This document shows, in pieces, positions 40,251-52,429 of a DNA stretch of 64,000 nucleotides (positions are counted from its first letter, which is position 1; every line of letters begins with the position of its first letter). The stretch comes from Okamejei kenojei (Eukaryota), in the NCBI GenBank assembly GCA_035221665.1, contig CM069169.1, positions 18,476,001-18,540,000 of the forward strand. Direction: 5' to 3'. A model generated the notes under the pieces. It was not told the origin of the DNA. It did no database searches and was given only the letters and a program-made list of their open reading frames with translations. The translations under genes and the position numbers were made by a program.

Positions 40251-40382
40251 TCTTAATACTAACCAATTAGGGAAGGAGGATCTTTCCTATTTAGTTATTA
40301 TTAAGATTATGCATTTTCCATTCAGAAACAGCACCCTTCCACCACTATCTGCTGCCTCCTTTCAAGCCAATCTTGGATACAA

Positions 40383-40640
40383 TTTAGTTTAGTGTAGCGA
40401 TACAGTGTGGAAACACTTTGGTGCACTGAGTCCGTGTTGATCAACAATCACCCGTACATGAGTTATATCCTACGCATAGGGACAATTTACGGAAGCCAAT
40501 TAGCCTACAAACCCGCACGTCTTTGGAATGTGGGAGGAAACTGGAGCACCCAGAGAAAATCCATGTTGTCACAGGGAGAACATACAAACTCTAACAAACA
40601 GTGCCCATAGTCAGGATCGAACTCTACTACTGTGCCGCCC
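40383..40640 (-). mobile_element. tRNA-derived SINE (HE1/V-SINE-like)
   Basis: Shares the core TGTGGGAGGAAACTGGAGCACCC and the tail with other copies. Confidence 0.7.
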
Positions 40641-42453
40641 AAATTAACCAGCCTGCCATGGAATCTATATTCTTGAATCTTCTAGACTGGTTTACAGGAT
40701 TTTCCTTGCACTAATCCATGCTGATTCTCTATAATCAGTTCCAGTCTTTACAAATGAATATATACAGGCACAGTTTAGAAGGTTATAGGCCAAAGGCACG
40801 CTGGTGGGACAAATGTAGATTGGGTGGATGGGGCATCTTGGCTGGCATGGGCAGATTGGGCTAAAGGGTCTGATTCTATGCTGTCCGACTCTAAATGCTA
40901 TCCTTGAGACTTTTTCTCCAGTAATTTTCTTTCCACTGCAATAAAACTCACCCGCTGTAGTCACCCATCTTGTCCCTGTTCTCTTCAATAAAGGAACATA
41001 ATTAGCTATCCTCCAGACTTCTGGCACCTTACCTGTGGCTACTAAAGATTAACTGCCCATAAGGAGAACTGCATAAACCATTCTGATATAAACAGGAAAG
41101 CAGCCTATCCAAGGTTGTTGCATTCATTCTTGACTCCTGAAGGATAAAAGGTGTCGGGACAGAGGATGAGGTGCCCTCTGTTAATGTTGGGTGTTGGAGG
41201 AACAATCTGGGAAGGTGCGAGTGAGCGTGGCGGCAACTGGAAGCTCAGAATAAATGAAGATGCTCTGCAGAGTTGTTTGTAAATTGGAAGACGCGTAAAA
41301 ACATTAAAGGGACAGTATCCATAATAAAAGAGCAGATGCTGCAAGCAGAAGTGGCACGACCAGGATGGTTGTTAGTGGTGGAAGTGCCAGGGGTTTCACT
41401 GCACTGCCTTTCGCAGTGGTGAGTTTAAGGGCAAGGCGGTGATAGAATGGAAGGCTGGTGACTGAGTAATGTGCTGATAACGCTGAACTGGTTGGATGCT
41501 CTAGCTCACACAATCGTTTCTTGGGATTTGGCCTTTGCCGCCAAGACCAATACTTGTCCATTTTCAATAGTTCTGAAGAAATTGATTGTGAGCTGGTTCT
41601 TCACTCACTATCTCCCTTCTAGTGAAGGGACACTCGCAGTGCTGTTGCAGAAAAGTTAATGATTTAACCACAGCCATTAGGGACGAGTGTACTTCCATAA
41701 GAGGCAGTATGCAGCGTGAAGGAGCTCCTCACTGATACCGTAGGCAGGTAGGTGTGGTATATTTTGTAGGTTCACATTGCAACCATTATATATGGGTGAG
41801 TAGGGTTGCTGTATTTTGTTCTTTGTGCTTCACCCTCCATAGTCTGCAATTTAAAACACATTTTGAAATTATGAAAAGCCTTCAACATAAAATGTTATCT
41901 GTGTCTCCCCACAGATACTGTCTGATCTGAGTGTTTCCAGCATTTTGTTTCTTAATTTCTATAATCTGTTGTGTTTTGCTTTTCTGCAAGTATCTGGGTC
42001 CATTGAGGGAGGTGAATCAGATGGGAAAGGGCAGCTCCATGAAGAGGAGAATGGAGAGATAAAGTAAACCAGAGCTTCCTGAGGGGGAATTGTTGAATGG
42101 GAGAGAGAACTGAATATCTGGAGGAGATGTTAGTCACTGAGTCTGAAACGTCAGTGTGCAGGACTGATGTTTTTGACCAGTACCTGTAGGGCCTGGCTAA
42201 ACATTAGTCTAAATTACAGTAGCAGCTATGCTTCAAGTGTTGCACTGCAAGGCATTTCAATGTGTGACTAATTTCATCATTGTGCCTATGGCAGAACAGT
42301 GTTGTGAAGCTGGGAGATTCACCAAGTGTGCACTGTTGCTGTGCTCTGGCAACCCAAGTAAATGGTTAGTGAGTACACCTTGCAGGGATTTGTTTGCTGG
42401 AGCAGGAATAAAATAACTGTTAAACCGAGGCAAATTCTGTGTTCACTTCTCAG

Positions 42454-42608
42454 TCAGAGGTCCCGTGAAGATGATGTGATCAGAGGACCCAAACCAGAAG
42501 CAGTCTCAACACCAGTGAAGAACACGGACGAGGCAGTTAAAGTTGTTGAAGAGCCCGTTTCAGCAGTAGTTGAGGAGGGAACAGAGAAGCAAGCTCCTCC
42601 ATTGCCAG
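42454..42608 (+). CDS. TJP1: TJP1 exon 9 (U3)
   Basis: cag|(S)QRSREDDVIRGPKPEAVSTPVKNTDE..EKQAPPLP+G|gtctgc; 155 nt; AVSTPVK as in ZO-1. Confidence 0.9.
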
Positions 42609-43358
42609 GTCTGCACATGACGATCATTGATTTAGAAGCGGTACTTTTTCAAGGGCATTTTTGTTGGGAAGGATTCCATTCGTAGGTTTGGGAGGTACAA
42701 CTAATATAACCAAACAAAAAAATGGATTAATGTTGGATTTGTGTAAATGGGTGTTTTGTGCAGAATTGATGGGCCTTGTGTTGTGTATCTTTAACTAAGT
42801 GACTCTGACGTGTGCATTCTGGCACAAACTTTAAATTAGTTTAGTTTATTGTTATTGTCACGTGTACCAGGGTGCAATGAAAAGCTTTTTTGTTGATTGC
42901 TATCCAGTCAGCGAAAAGACTATACATGATTCCAGTGTACAGATACTGGAATGACGTTTAGTACACGATCCACAGTGTACAGATACAGGGTAAAGGAATG
43001 ACGTTTAGTACAAGATTAGGTTCGATTAAAGATGGTTCCAAGGCCTCTATAGTGAGGTAGATGGGAGGTCCGGACTATTCTCTAGTTAGTGATAGGATGG
43101 TTCAATTGCCTGATAACAACTGGGAAGAAACTGTTCCTGAATTTGGACTGACTTTGCTGTTACAAAGTTACATTTCTTTTGCGGTAGATATATATTGAGA
43201 AACATTCACTGCATGTTTCCAAATGTACGTAGTTATACTAGTTGTTCCCCTTTAAAATAGGAGTGCAATTGATCAACCTATGAGTGCCCAGTCAGAGTGA
43301 GAGACCATTTATATTGAAGTTATTTTCCAAGTGGCATCTAACTTGTCTGTTTCTGCAG

Positions 43359-43464
43359 AGCCGAAGCCAGTGTACGCTCAGCCTGGGCAGCCCGATGTAG
43401 ATTTACCAGTCAGTCCGTCCGATGCACCTATTCCAAACTCAACTCACGATGATGGGATGCTGAG
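43359..43464 (+). CDS. TJP1: TJP1 exon 10
   Basis: cag|(E)PKPVYAQPGQPDVDLPVSPSDAPIPNSTHDDGML+AG|gtaatt; 106 nt. Confidence 0.96.
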
Positions 43465-44386
43465 GTAATTCTGCTAAGTTGCATTAACTTTATTGGTTCA
43501 TAGACATGTTATGTCTTTATGCTTCAATCTGCAATGAATTATGACTGGTGTTGACTCCAATGACTACGATTTGAATTCATACTTTGCTTCCCCAGTATGT
43601 TGCCTTTATAGAACAGAGCTTTTTTATAATATATTATGTGGGTGATTGCATCTATGGGATGTACTTGGCATTCAAATATCCAAAATGAATCGATAGCTTG
43701 GCTTTGTGCACTGGGTGGGTATTGGAAATGAAAGTTCTGGTTGTGCATTTTTCTAAATGAATGCCAACGTTGGAAAGAAAGAGATCGAGACCACTCCATG
43801 CGAGTGTTAATTGTATCCATGTTCTGCGGGATGCATTTGTTGAAGCCAACAGCATTGGTTTATGTGGGAAGCCTTGATGGATTTGGGAGGGTGATGGAAG
43901 TAAACTTTTGCAGGGACTATGTGCGGATGTTCTTGTGTGGAGAGATAACACTGACATGGCGCAGTTAGTGATTGGCCTTTATCTGAGCTGTAGAAAGGTT
44001 ACAGAAAATAAAATCTGAATGCAGAAAGGACTTCTGGAAGAAAAGCTGTCAACGTTTAACTTGAATTCAGAGCATGGATTTGGTTCTTTTTGCCTTTTAT
44101 TTGGATAGAAAAATAATTGGAACGTTATTTGGAATTGGGTGAGGATCGATTGTATTCTATTCAGGGCACGAAACGATAGCAGGAATTTGAATACCAGATT
44201 TCCCCAATTAATTTTGAGACAAACAAGTTATGTGAGGAGGTTGATGATTAATTGTTAGATTTCTGGGAAGGAGTGAACATAGTGAAAGGCCTCCAGGGTC
44301 ATCCCATGTTCTGTAAACAAATATGTGTGTTTTGTGGGTGGAGAATTAACTTCACTGCTATGTTTTTACGATGTAATCTTTTTCAG

Positions 44387-44537
44387 GCCAAGTATGAAGC
44401 TGGTTAAGTTTAAGAAGGGTGAAAGTGTTGGACTCCGTCTGGCAGGCGGGAATGACGTGGGAATATTTGTGGCCGGAGTTTTGGAGGATAGTCCCGCGGC
44501 CAAAGAAGGTCTCGAGGAAGGAGATCAGATCCTCAGG
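44387..44537 (+). CDS. TJP1: TJP1 exon 11 (PDZ3)
   Basis: cag|(R)[50 protein letters not shown]|gtgagg; 151 nt. Confidence 0.97.
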
Positions 44538-44898
44538 GTGAGGCTGTGTTGGCAATGATTGTTTGATTGACCCAAATGTGACTCAACATGCACTTGAGGA
44601 TATAATATTTCATCAGAGTAAACTTTGACATGCCAGTGTATTTTGTGATGCATCTTATGAAAGCCAGCAGTGCAACACCTTTCAGTAAAGTCAAAGAAAA
44701 TAACCATGGAAACTAACTTCCATTTGTCATCATATCTAAAATTTCAATTATATTACTGAGAATAAGAATAGAAAATGTAATGTTCTTGGTGGAATTCCTA
44801 AATGTAGTTGAAGGGTGCTGACACATCCACCATTTGTTGGTAGTGGAGCCAGTCTGAGTATGTACTACTGTGTAACTAACCTGCCTGTCACCACACAG

Positions 44899-45007
44899 GT
44901 CAACAATGTGGACTTTGCAAATATCATCCGTGAGGAGGCTGTGCTCTTTCTGCTTGACCTTCCAAAAGGCGAGGAGGTTACCATCCTGGCACAGCAAAAG
45001 AAAGATG
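44899..45007 (+). CDS. TJP1: TJP1 exon 12 (PDZ3)
   Basis: cag|VNNVDFANIIREEAVLFLLDLPKGEEVTILAQQKKD+G|gtgagc; 109 nt. Confidence 0.97.
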
Positions 45008-45466
45008 GTGAGCTACTCGACTGTAGTCACAAGCTCGGTACAAGCTAAAATAGCTCAGTATCCAGAGATGTAGTCGTTTGTCAATAGGGATTTGCAGATC
45101 TTGACAAAGAGAAGAGCTGTTAACGGTGACAATATGAAATCAGAAAATGCTGCAAATACCTCGCATCCGATCATCAACGTTTGTGGAGAGAAAAAGTAAT
45201 TTATGTTCTGATGAAAAGCCATTGATCTGAAACATTAATTCGGTCTCTCTCTCTCTACAGACGCTGTCTGACCTGCTGAGTTTTTCCAGCATTTAATGTT
45301 TTTATTCCTGTCGACGATGGATAGAAACTATCATTTTGATAAATGTGTTGGCAGGCTGCAGAGTTTGAATTAATTATGGTTTCTATTATTAGTCTTGTAT
45401 TTGCAGTCCTAATCTTTAATACAGCTGGATTCTTTATATTCATCATAAAAATATTTCCTATTCCAG

Positions 45467-45686
45467 TCTATCGACGTATTGTGGAATCGGATGTGGGCGA
45501 TTCTTTCTACATCCGAACTCACTTTGACTATGAGAAGGAATCTCCCTACGGCCTGAGCTTTAACCGCGGTGAGGTGTTCCGTGTGGTGGACACACTCTAC
45601 AACGGGAAGCTAGGTTCCTGGCTCGCCATCCGAATAGGCAAAAACCACAAGGAGGTGGAAAGGGGCATCATCCCAAACAGAAACAG
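45467..45686 (+). CDS. TJP1: TJP1 exon 13 (SH3)
   Basis: cag|(V)[40 protein letters not shown]+AG|gtgcgt; 220 nt. Confidence 0.97.
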
Positions 45687-46027
45687 GTGCGTGAAGAACT
45701 TCCACTCAGTAGCGCTTTATTATTTGTGAAAAGCTCTGTAGGATTTGAATAAATGATTGCTCAATCGAACACTGATTTTCCAGTCCTGCTGAAATGTTTA
45801 GATAGGAGCCACTGCAACCTAAATTGAAAACATAACTTTTGCAAGATATATTTCCAGCTGGGCTCTGCTTCTGATTCTCCTGAAAACAATAGCCTGAATA
45901 TTAAAAATTTGCCTTAAGAAAATCTTAACTTTTAGCTAAAATCTTTCTTAAGGAAAAGGTGCAGCATGATGTAGTTTCTTGATGTGGTCACTGGTTGATG
46001 TTGAAATCTCTCTGTGGTTGTACTCAG

Positions 46028-46212
46028 AGCCGAGCAGTTATCCAGCGTGCAGTACACACTTCCAAAAACGGCTGGTGGCGATCGTGCCGATTTCTGGCGC
46101 TTCCGTGGACTTCGCAGCTCAAAGAGAAACCTGAGGAAAAGCAGGGAAGACCTTTCAGCTCAGCCAGTTCACACTAAGTTTCCAGCTTATGAGAGGGTCG
46201 TCCTTCGAGAAG
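46028..46212 (+). CDS. TJP1: TJP1 exon 14 (U5)
   Basis: cag|(R)[61 protein letters not shown]+G|gtattg; 185 nt. Confidence 0.97.
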
Positions 46213-47181
46213 GTATTGACAAAAGTAGACACCTTCAAAATGAGCCTTCATGCAAAGGAAAGTTGATGTTGTCTTCCTGCCCCGGTCTCGCATTCTGTCA
46301 TCACATAGTGCTTGGAAAGATCATCTGAAACTGCACATAATATGCAGGTCATGCTCTTGGGAGCAGGGCACATATTCCCCTTGAGCATGTGGAGCTGTCG
46401 CTACTGAGGCATTTACTTTATTGGATTAACATGAGTCAGTGCCGAGCATGGGCGTGGCAGCTGAGGGTGGTCTCTGTTCATAGTCCATATCCAGTGTGGG
46501 GGCAGAGAGGGGGTGTGGGAGCAGAGAGTGGTCTCACACCCCCCAGTGGGGACAGAGGTCTAACCTGTGCAGAGGCAACTTTGTGAAGCCAGTGTGTGAA
46601 GATTGCTCGACATTGAACGTTCCTGTTCCTGTCTGTAGTTGGGTTATTTTATCAGTTGACACGGGGGGGGGGGGCACTCTGCAGAAAGCTGATCTCATTG
46701 TTGTGAGGGGGTTTCTATATTGTCCACTCACCCTGGCCAGGCAGGAAGAGCTGGAGTGTGTTCCAGCAGTAACATAGCCTGGATGCTGGCATTTGCACCC
46801 TGCTGGTTACTCAACCAGGGACAGGCCAAGAGTTCATGTAATAATGCAAACATGTTATAAACATGCAGAAACTACTGCTAAAATTATTGATGTGAATGCA
46901 CTTGAAGGCCTGCCTACTGTGGAATTGATGAAATGCAGCACTCCGTGTTCTACATAGTTCCTGATGTGTATCTGTGCATCTTTGGTTTAATTGTCATTAA
47001 CTGCCCCTGGTCTTTTTGGTGTGAAGTCAATAATATTGGATGAGCCCCACATTACCTGCTCCTGCCATCACCCGTCTTCATCATTTGTGCTCAGTAATTG
47101 ACCCACAGCATGAATTGTCCAAACGTGTCGTAACTGCTGATTTACTTTATCCTGACAGTAATTAATTTGTTTGTCTTCAAG

Positions 47182-47277
47182 CTGGGTTCCTACGGCCAGT
47201 GGTCATCTTTGGATCCCTTGCTGATATTGCTCGGGAGAAACTTGCCCGAGAGGAGCCAAACCTGTATGAAATTGCAA
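47182..47277 (+). CDS. TJP1: TJP1 exon 15 (GuK)
   Basis: aag|(A)GFLRPVVIFGSLADIAREKLAREEPNLYEIA+A|gtaagt; 96 nt. Confidence 0.96.
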
Positions 47278-47606
47278 GTAAGTTTCAGCTTTCTCCACCT
47301 CCCGCTTTGTTTCTGTGTCATGGCTGGGCAGGAGCACCGTCCAGGAGATGCCACTGCCGTGACTCGGGATGTCATCTGATGCCATGGAGCAGTTCTCTTC
47401 CCATGTGTCAGGTGGCAGCAACAAAGTGAGAGCTCTGCAGCCCAGCCCACCACATCCATGCCATCTTTTTACCCATCTACTCCACACTCTTTGCCTGTAT
47501 TCTTGCTTTTTTTGCCAAAACCACGCCTCTTATAATCCTGTATACTTCTATCAGGTTATCCATCAGTCTACTTTGTTACAGTGGAAACAAGCCCAGCCTA
47601 TCCATG

Positions 47607-47860
47607 TGTAGGAAAGAACTGCAGATGCTGGTTTAAATCAAAGGTGGATGCAATGCTGGAGTAACCCAGCAGATCGGAGAGCATCTCTGGAGAACATGCA
47701 TAGATGAGGTTTTGAGTCGGGACCCTTCTTCTGTCCAGTCTGAAGAAAGGTCCTGGCCTGAACTGTAACCTATCGATGTTCTCCAGAGATGCTGTCCAAC
47801 CCGCTGAGTTACTCCAACACTTTGTCTTTTATTTTGTAAACCAGCATTGGCAGCTCCTTA
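47607..47860. mobile_element. Fold-back Penelope-derived short element
   Basis: TGTAGGAAAGAACTGCAGATGCTGG..CCCTTCTTC / CAGTCTGAAGAAAGG..CCAGCATTGGCAGCTCCTTA: two diverged arms in inverted orientation. Confidence 0.7.
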
Positions 47861-47962
47861 TTTCAACATTCTAAGAAATGTGGAAAATGTGAATTAGCAA
47901 TGAGACAAAATGTTTGCTTTGCTTCAAATGTTGAGTGGCTGAAGTGGTCTGTTATGTCGCAG

Positions 47963-48045
47963 GGAGCGAGCCCAGAGATGCCGGCACTGATCAGCACAGT
48001 TCGGGCATTATCCGGCTGCACACAATCAAACAAGTCATTGACAGG
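47963..48045 (+). CDS. TJP1: TJP1 exon 16 (GuK)
   Basis: cag|(R)SEPRDAGTDQHSSGIIRLHTIKQVIDR|gtaaga; 83 nt. Confidence 0.96.
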
Positions 48046-48139
48046 GTAAGATGCCTTTCTGACATTGCTGATGGACCAATTTACGCTTGTCGAGTCTGAA
48101 ATGACCTCTGTATTTACAATTGCCTTTTTGCTGTTGTAG

Positions 48140-48350
48140 GATAAGCATGCAGTATTAGATATTACGCCAAATGCAGTGGATCGGTTGAATTATGCTCAGT
48201 GGTACCCAATTGTACTATTTCTAAACCCTGATTCCAAGCAAGGCGTCAAAACAATGCGACAAAGACTCTGTCCCGAGTCTCGAAAGAGTGCTCGCAAGCT
48301 GTTTGAGCGTGCCTTGAAACTGCGCAAGAACAATCATCATCTGTTCACGG
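48140..48350 (+). CDS. TJP1: TJP1 exon 17 (GuK)
   Basis: tag|[46 protein letters not shown]+G|gtgagt; 211 nt; preceded by a 94-bp intron. Confidence 0.97.
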
Positions 48351-48664
48351 GTGAGTATAACATGCAAACCTGAACATGGAATTAGACCACAGCATTGTGG
48401 TTACTTTTAGACAAGGTCAATATTGTAAAAAATGTGACACACATGGTTTACAAGTTGAGAAGTGGTAAGAAGCAAAAGGGTGGTGTAATTTGAAACGAGC
48501 AGCAGTGTGTTGGGCAAGACTCTGCCTGATGGAGCAAAGTGGGAGCTGCATAGTGGTGATCGGGAGTGAGTTGTTCATGCAGGTCAGAGGTGGATGATGT
48601 GAATGGTGAGAGTATGGTCAATGGAATGTGGTAAAGTAGAATACTACAATTAGAAATGGTCTAG

Positions 48665-48978
48665 TTGAGTCTTTACTTTGGAGATACACTGTGAAAACAG
48701 GCCCTTGGACCCACCAAGTCCGTGCCAACTAATGATCACTCCATACTCTGCACTATACTACACACTAGGGACAAATTACAATTTTTACCAACGCCAATTA
48801 ACCTATAAACCAGTGGAGTGTAGGAAGAACATCTTTGGAGTGTAGGAAGAAACCGCAGCACCCAGAGAAAACCTACGAGGTCACGGGGAGAATGCACTCC
48901 GTACAGACAGCATCTGCAGTCAGGATTGAACCCAGGTCTCTGGCGCTGTGAGACAGCAACTCTACCACTGTGCCACCC
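48665..48978 (-). mobile_element. tRNA-derived SINE (HE1/V-SINE-like)
   Basis: Same family; internal duplication of TGGAGTGTAGGAAGAA. Confidence 0.72.
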
Positions 48979-49108
48979 TATTATTTTTTTAAAATCTCAA
49001 ATTTATACCCATCAGTGTTTAGTGTTTGAGGTTTGACGAGAAAAATATAGTTTGTGGACAAAATTGAAGACTTTAGTTTTGCAGTAATTGGAGGTAAAGC
49101 AACTGAAT

Positions 49109-49454
49109 TTTCTCAATTCTGTTAACCCTTGCTGTCTCCTCCCCTTCCCACCTCTCCCTCAGCCCTCGTGCCCTGGCATTCCCTCTATCTCTACCTCCCT
49201 CCCCCACCCTAGTCGCACTAGCTTCTCATTTTCACACCACAAACAGCTTACAATGGCTTGTTCCCTTTATCATCGATACTTTTTTGCATACCTTTCATTC
49301 ATTGTTCTTTATCTCTCCACATCACCGTCTATATCTCTCGTTTCCCTGATCCCTGACCAGTCTGAAGAAGGGTCTCGACCCGAAACGTCGCCTATCTCCT
49401 TCACTCCTTAGATGCTGCTGCACCCGCTGAGTTTCTCCAGCCTTTTGTGTACCC
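49109..49454 (+). mobile_element. Penelope 3' fragment with hammerhead-like motif
   Basis: Starts with the ORF end identical to about 38860-38920; GCAACTGAAT duplicated at 49099-49108 and 49455-49464. Confidence 0.85.
49359..49392 (+). ncRNA. Minimal type I hammerhead-ribozyme-like motif (best-preserved copy)
   Basis: CTGAAGA (49362-49368), A, stem II GGGT-CTCG-ACCC, GAAA, palindromic ACGT, putative GUC cleavage triplet ending at 49389; stem I very short. Confidence 0.55.
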
Positions 49455-50254
49455 GCAACTGAATGTAGGTTGCTTGTTGTGACAGTGGAAGAGGTGTGGA
49501 GGGAGGTGGAGATGGGTGTGCTGAGCCTGCACGTCGACACAAGCATGTGGTTTTGGATGAGAAACGGGAAGAGGTCGTGAACAGACCGGTCCGATACTTT
49601 GCCTATTCCTTCACTCCATAGATGCTACCTCACCCACTGAGTTTCTCCAGCATTTTTGTCTAGGTCCGATACTCAAAATCAAATTGTAGGTATCGGAGAG
49701 CATCCGCTTTGGGATAATGCATCATCACTACATGGCATCGCATGCCAAAGAAGCAGATCTTTGTCAATGCTGTTTGTGTGAGAGCATTGTTACTTCTGCC
49801 AGAGTTGTTTTGATACCCAGAATAATTATGAGCTGTGTTTGTTGTGTTCCTGCAGTTATATTGCAGGATGCAGGGTGAGTCAGGATCCTGAGACCAGCAG
49901 TTTGAACTTTCCAAAGTTATCAATGGCCTGTTGTTCAACTTTTAAGTGCTGGAGTAAATTGTGCATTGTGTTACTGTGTCCGTTTATCGGTGGAACGTGT
50001 GGATTAAGTCCCTGCGCTTGGGTGTGATGGCCATACACTGGTGTTTCCTGCTGATTTGGCAAGATGTGCCGGGCATGCTGAGGGGAAGTTCATTGTTCAC
50101 CTTTGTGCCACTGCATCACGGATTCTCAGCACACAACCTCACGTTTCACTGTGTAGGAAGTCTGTGCAATCTGGCATTTCGACCACAAATAACGGCTGAT
50201 GGGGGGGGGGGGGGGGGGAAGTAAATGATAACAGTTTTCCTGACTTTTTTACAG

Positions 50255-50355
50255 CGAACATCAATTTGAATTCAATGAATGATGGCTGGTATGGGGCATT
50301 GAAAGAATCTGTCCAACAGCAACAGAACCAGTTAGTTTGGGTATCAGAGGGAAAG
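50255..50355 (+). CDS. TJP1: TJP1 exon 18 (end of GuK)
   Basis: cag|(A)[33 protein letters not shown]|gtatga; 101 nt. Confidence 0.97.
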
Positions 50356-50464
50356 GTATGATGGAAGTTTAATTTGTCAAATTATGTACACTGTTGTGCT
50401 TTTCAGAATGTTCCTTTCCCCTTGTTCCCACCAACCATATACCCTGAGCTGCTGTATTAACAGG

Positions 50465-50753
50465 TTTTAGTTTAAAGATACAGCGCGGAAACAGGCCCTT
50501 CAGCCCACAGAGTCCACACCGATCAGCGATCCCGGTACACTAGCACTATCCTACACACTAGGGATAATTTACCATTTTTACCGGAGCCAATGAACCTACA
50601 AACCTGTACATCTTTGGAGTTGGGAGGAAACCTGAGCCCCCAGAAAACCCAGGGGAGAACGTACAAACTCCGTACAGACAGCGGCAGTAATCAGGATGGA
50701 ACCCGGGTCTCTGGCGCTGTGAGGCAGCAACTCTACTGCTATGCCACTGTGCC
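50465..50753 (-). mobile_element. tRNA-derived SINE (HE1/V-SINE-like)
   Basis: Near full-length copy; reverse complement starts GGCACAGTGGCATAGCAGTAGAG (A-box-like) and contains GGGTTCCATCC (B-box-like). Confidence 0.75.
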
Positions 50754-51169
50754 TCCTCTAGGTGACGAGGCAATTTAGGTAATGTAAACTACCCTTAACA
50801 TCGTGAAATCCGTCCTTGAATTCACATGCTGGAGTACATACATCCTTTGTCCGTGTATGGAAATTAATCAAACCCCGGAAATGTGTGGAGTTGAAATAAG
50901 ATGAAAGTAAAAGGAGCTGCAAAAGTACAATTATTGTACTTGGTCTGGCCTCTAACTTCATCAAAATGAAAAGACGGTCAAAATAAAGCCATGCCTGTCA
51001 GAACCTGTTTGAACCTGGCAGGGCCATGCTTCCCAATTCTGATCTCTGCCTAGTGGAATCGTTTCTGAAGAATAGCCACAAGTATCGTTTAATTGTTGCA
51101 TTCCCCAATCTCGTTAAAGTTAATCTCCTACAAGAGAAGCCATGAGGGTGCAAGGTTAGCATCTAAGTT

Positions 51170-51400
51170 ATAGAACATAGAACAGCACAGGAATAGGGCA
51201 ATAGGTGCAGGAATAGGCCATTCAGCCCCATCGAACCAGCACCGCCGTTCAATATGATCATGGCTGATCATCCCCGATCAGTACCCCGTTCCTGCCTTCT
51301 CCCCATATCTCCTGACTCCACTATTTTTAAGAGCCCTATCTAGCTCTCTCTTGAAAGCATCCAGAGAACCTGCCTCCACTGTGGCAGAGAATTCCACAGA
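51170..51400 (-). mobile_element. CR1 3' end
   Basis: AGGTGCAGGAATAGGCCATTCAGCCC..AATATGATCATGGCTGATCATCC matches 5893-5990; another copy at about 61975-62115. Confidence 0.75.
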
Positions 51401-51555
51401 CGGGGCATTTGGCCCATGATGTCTGTGCCAAACACGAGGTTGACATAAACTAATCCCTTATGCCTGAAAATGATCCGTAACTCTCAATTCCCTGCATATT
51501 CATTTAAAAGCCTCCTGAACTCTGATCAGCTCTTTAAACAACTCCCACATGTCAG

Positions 51556-51648
51556 TCTGAAGAAGGCTCTCGACCCGAAACGTCACCCATTCCTTCTCTC
51601 CAGAGATGCTGCCTGACCTGCTGAGTTACTCCAGCATTTTGTTTCTAA
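51556..51648 (+). mobile_element. 93-bp hammerhead-headed Penelope-derived insert
   Basis: Perfect 13-bp duplication TCCCACATGTCAG at 51543-51555 and 51649-51661; insert begins TCTGAAGAAGGCTCTCGACCCGAAACGTCACC. Confidence 0.85.
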
Positions 51649-52045
51649 TCCCACATGTCAGATATGGACTTGCCTACAGATGTACTCTTTGTAGCGTTTG
51701 CCTCATGTTGCACTCTGCTTTGTCCAAAGGTCCAAACTTATCCTTATCGTATCTTTGTCCTTATCTTAAAACTTATGGGATTGTGATCACTGTTTCCACA
51801 ATGCTCTCCCTCTGAAATGCCTGTTGCCCAGCCAGCCTCATTTCCCCATATATGGTCCCTGCTCCAGTTGACTATACAAAAAACGCTCTTGGATATGACC
51901 AACGCTCTTGGATATTATTTGGTTAACAAACAATTCGCATTGTTAATGATTTAGCAGATGCCCAAATGCTGAAATATTTTATTGAGTGAGTGTAGTTTAG
52001 ACAGTTGCATGATTGTGTGCTCTGGTTTGGTGTGTTGTCTCGTAG

Positions 52046-52387
52046 GCTGACGGTGCAGCAGAAGATGACCTTGACTTGCATGATGACCGTTTATCGTACC
52101 TGTCGGCTCCAGGTAGCGAGTACTCCATGTATAGCACAGACAGTCGGCACACTTCCGATTATGACGACACAGACACAGAAGGTGGTGCCTACACTGACCA
52201 AGAACTGGATGAGACACTCAATGATGATATTGGACCCACCGAGTCAGCCATAACTAGGTCTTCGGAGCCAGTAAGGGAAGATTCGTCGATGATGCACCCA
52301 GAATCCATGGCGCAAGCATTCCCATCTTTTCCAGCACAAGTGCACACTGTTGATTCTTCTGCCTACAAACCTTTGCCGAATCAACCG
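52046..52387 (+). CDS. TJP1: TJP1 exon 19 (acidic U6)
   Basis: tag|ADGAAEDDLDLHDDRLSYLSAPGSEYSMYSTDSRHTSDYDDTDTEGGAYTDQELDETLND..PNQP|gtgagt; 342 nt. Confidence 0.96.
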
Positions 52388-52429
52388 GTGAGTCAGCCTG
52401 TGACCAAAGCATTTTCATTTATGAGTCAT

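Noticed and set aside
42454-42457. Alternative acceptor 4 nt downstream at exon 9 (CAGTCAG)
   Set aside because: Would shift the frame; the upstream AG gives the ZO-1-like sequence
51882-51915. Short tandem duplications (also at about 20458 and 39831)
   Set aside because: Ordinary slippage duplications with no functional sign
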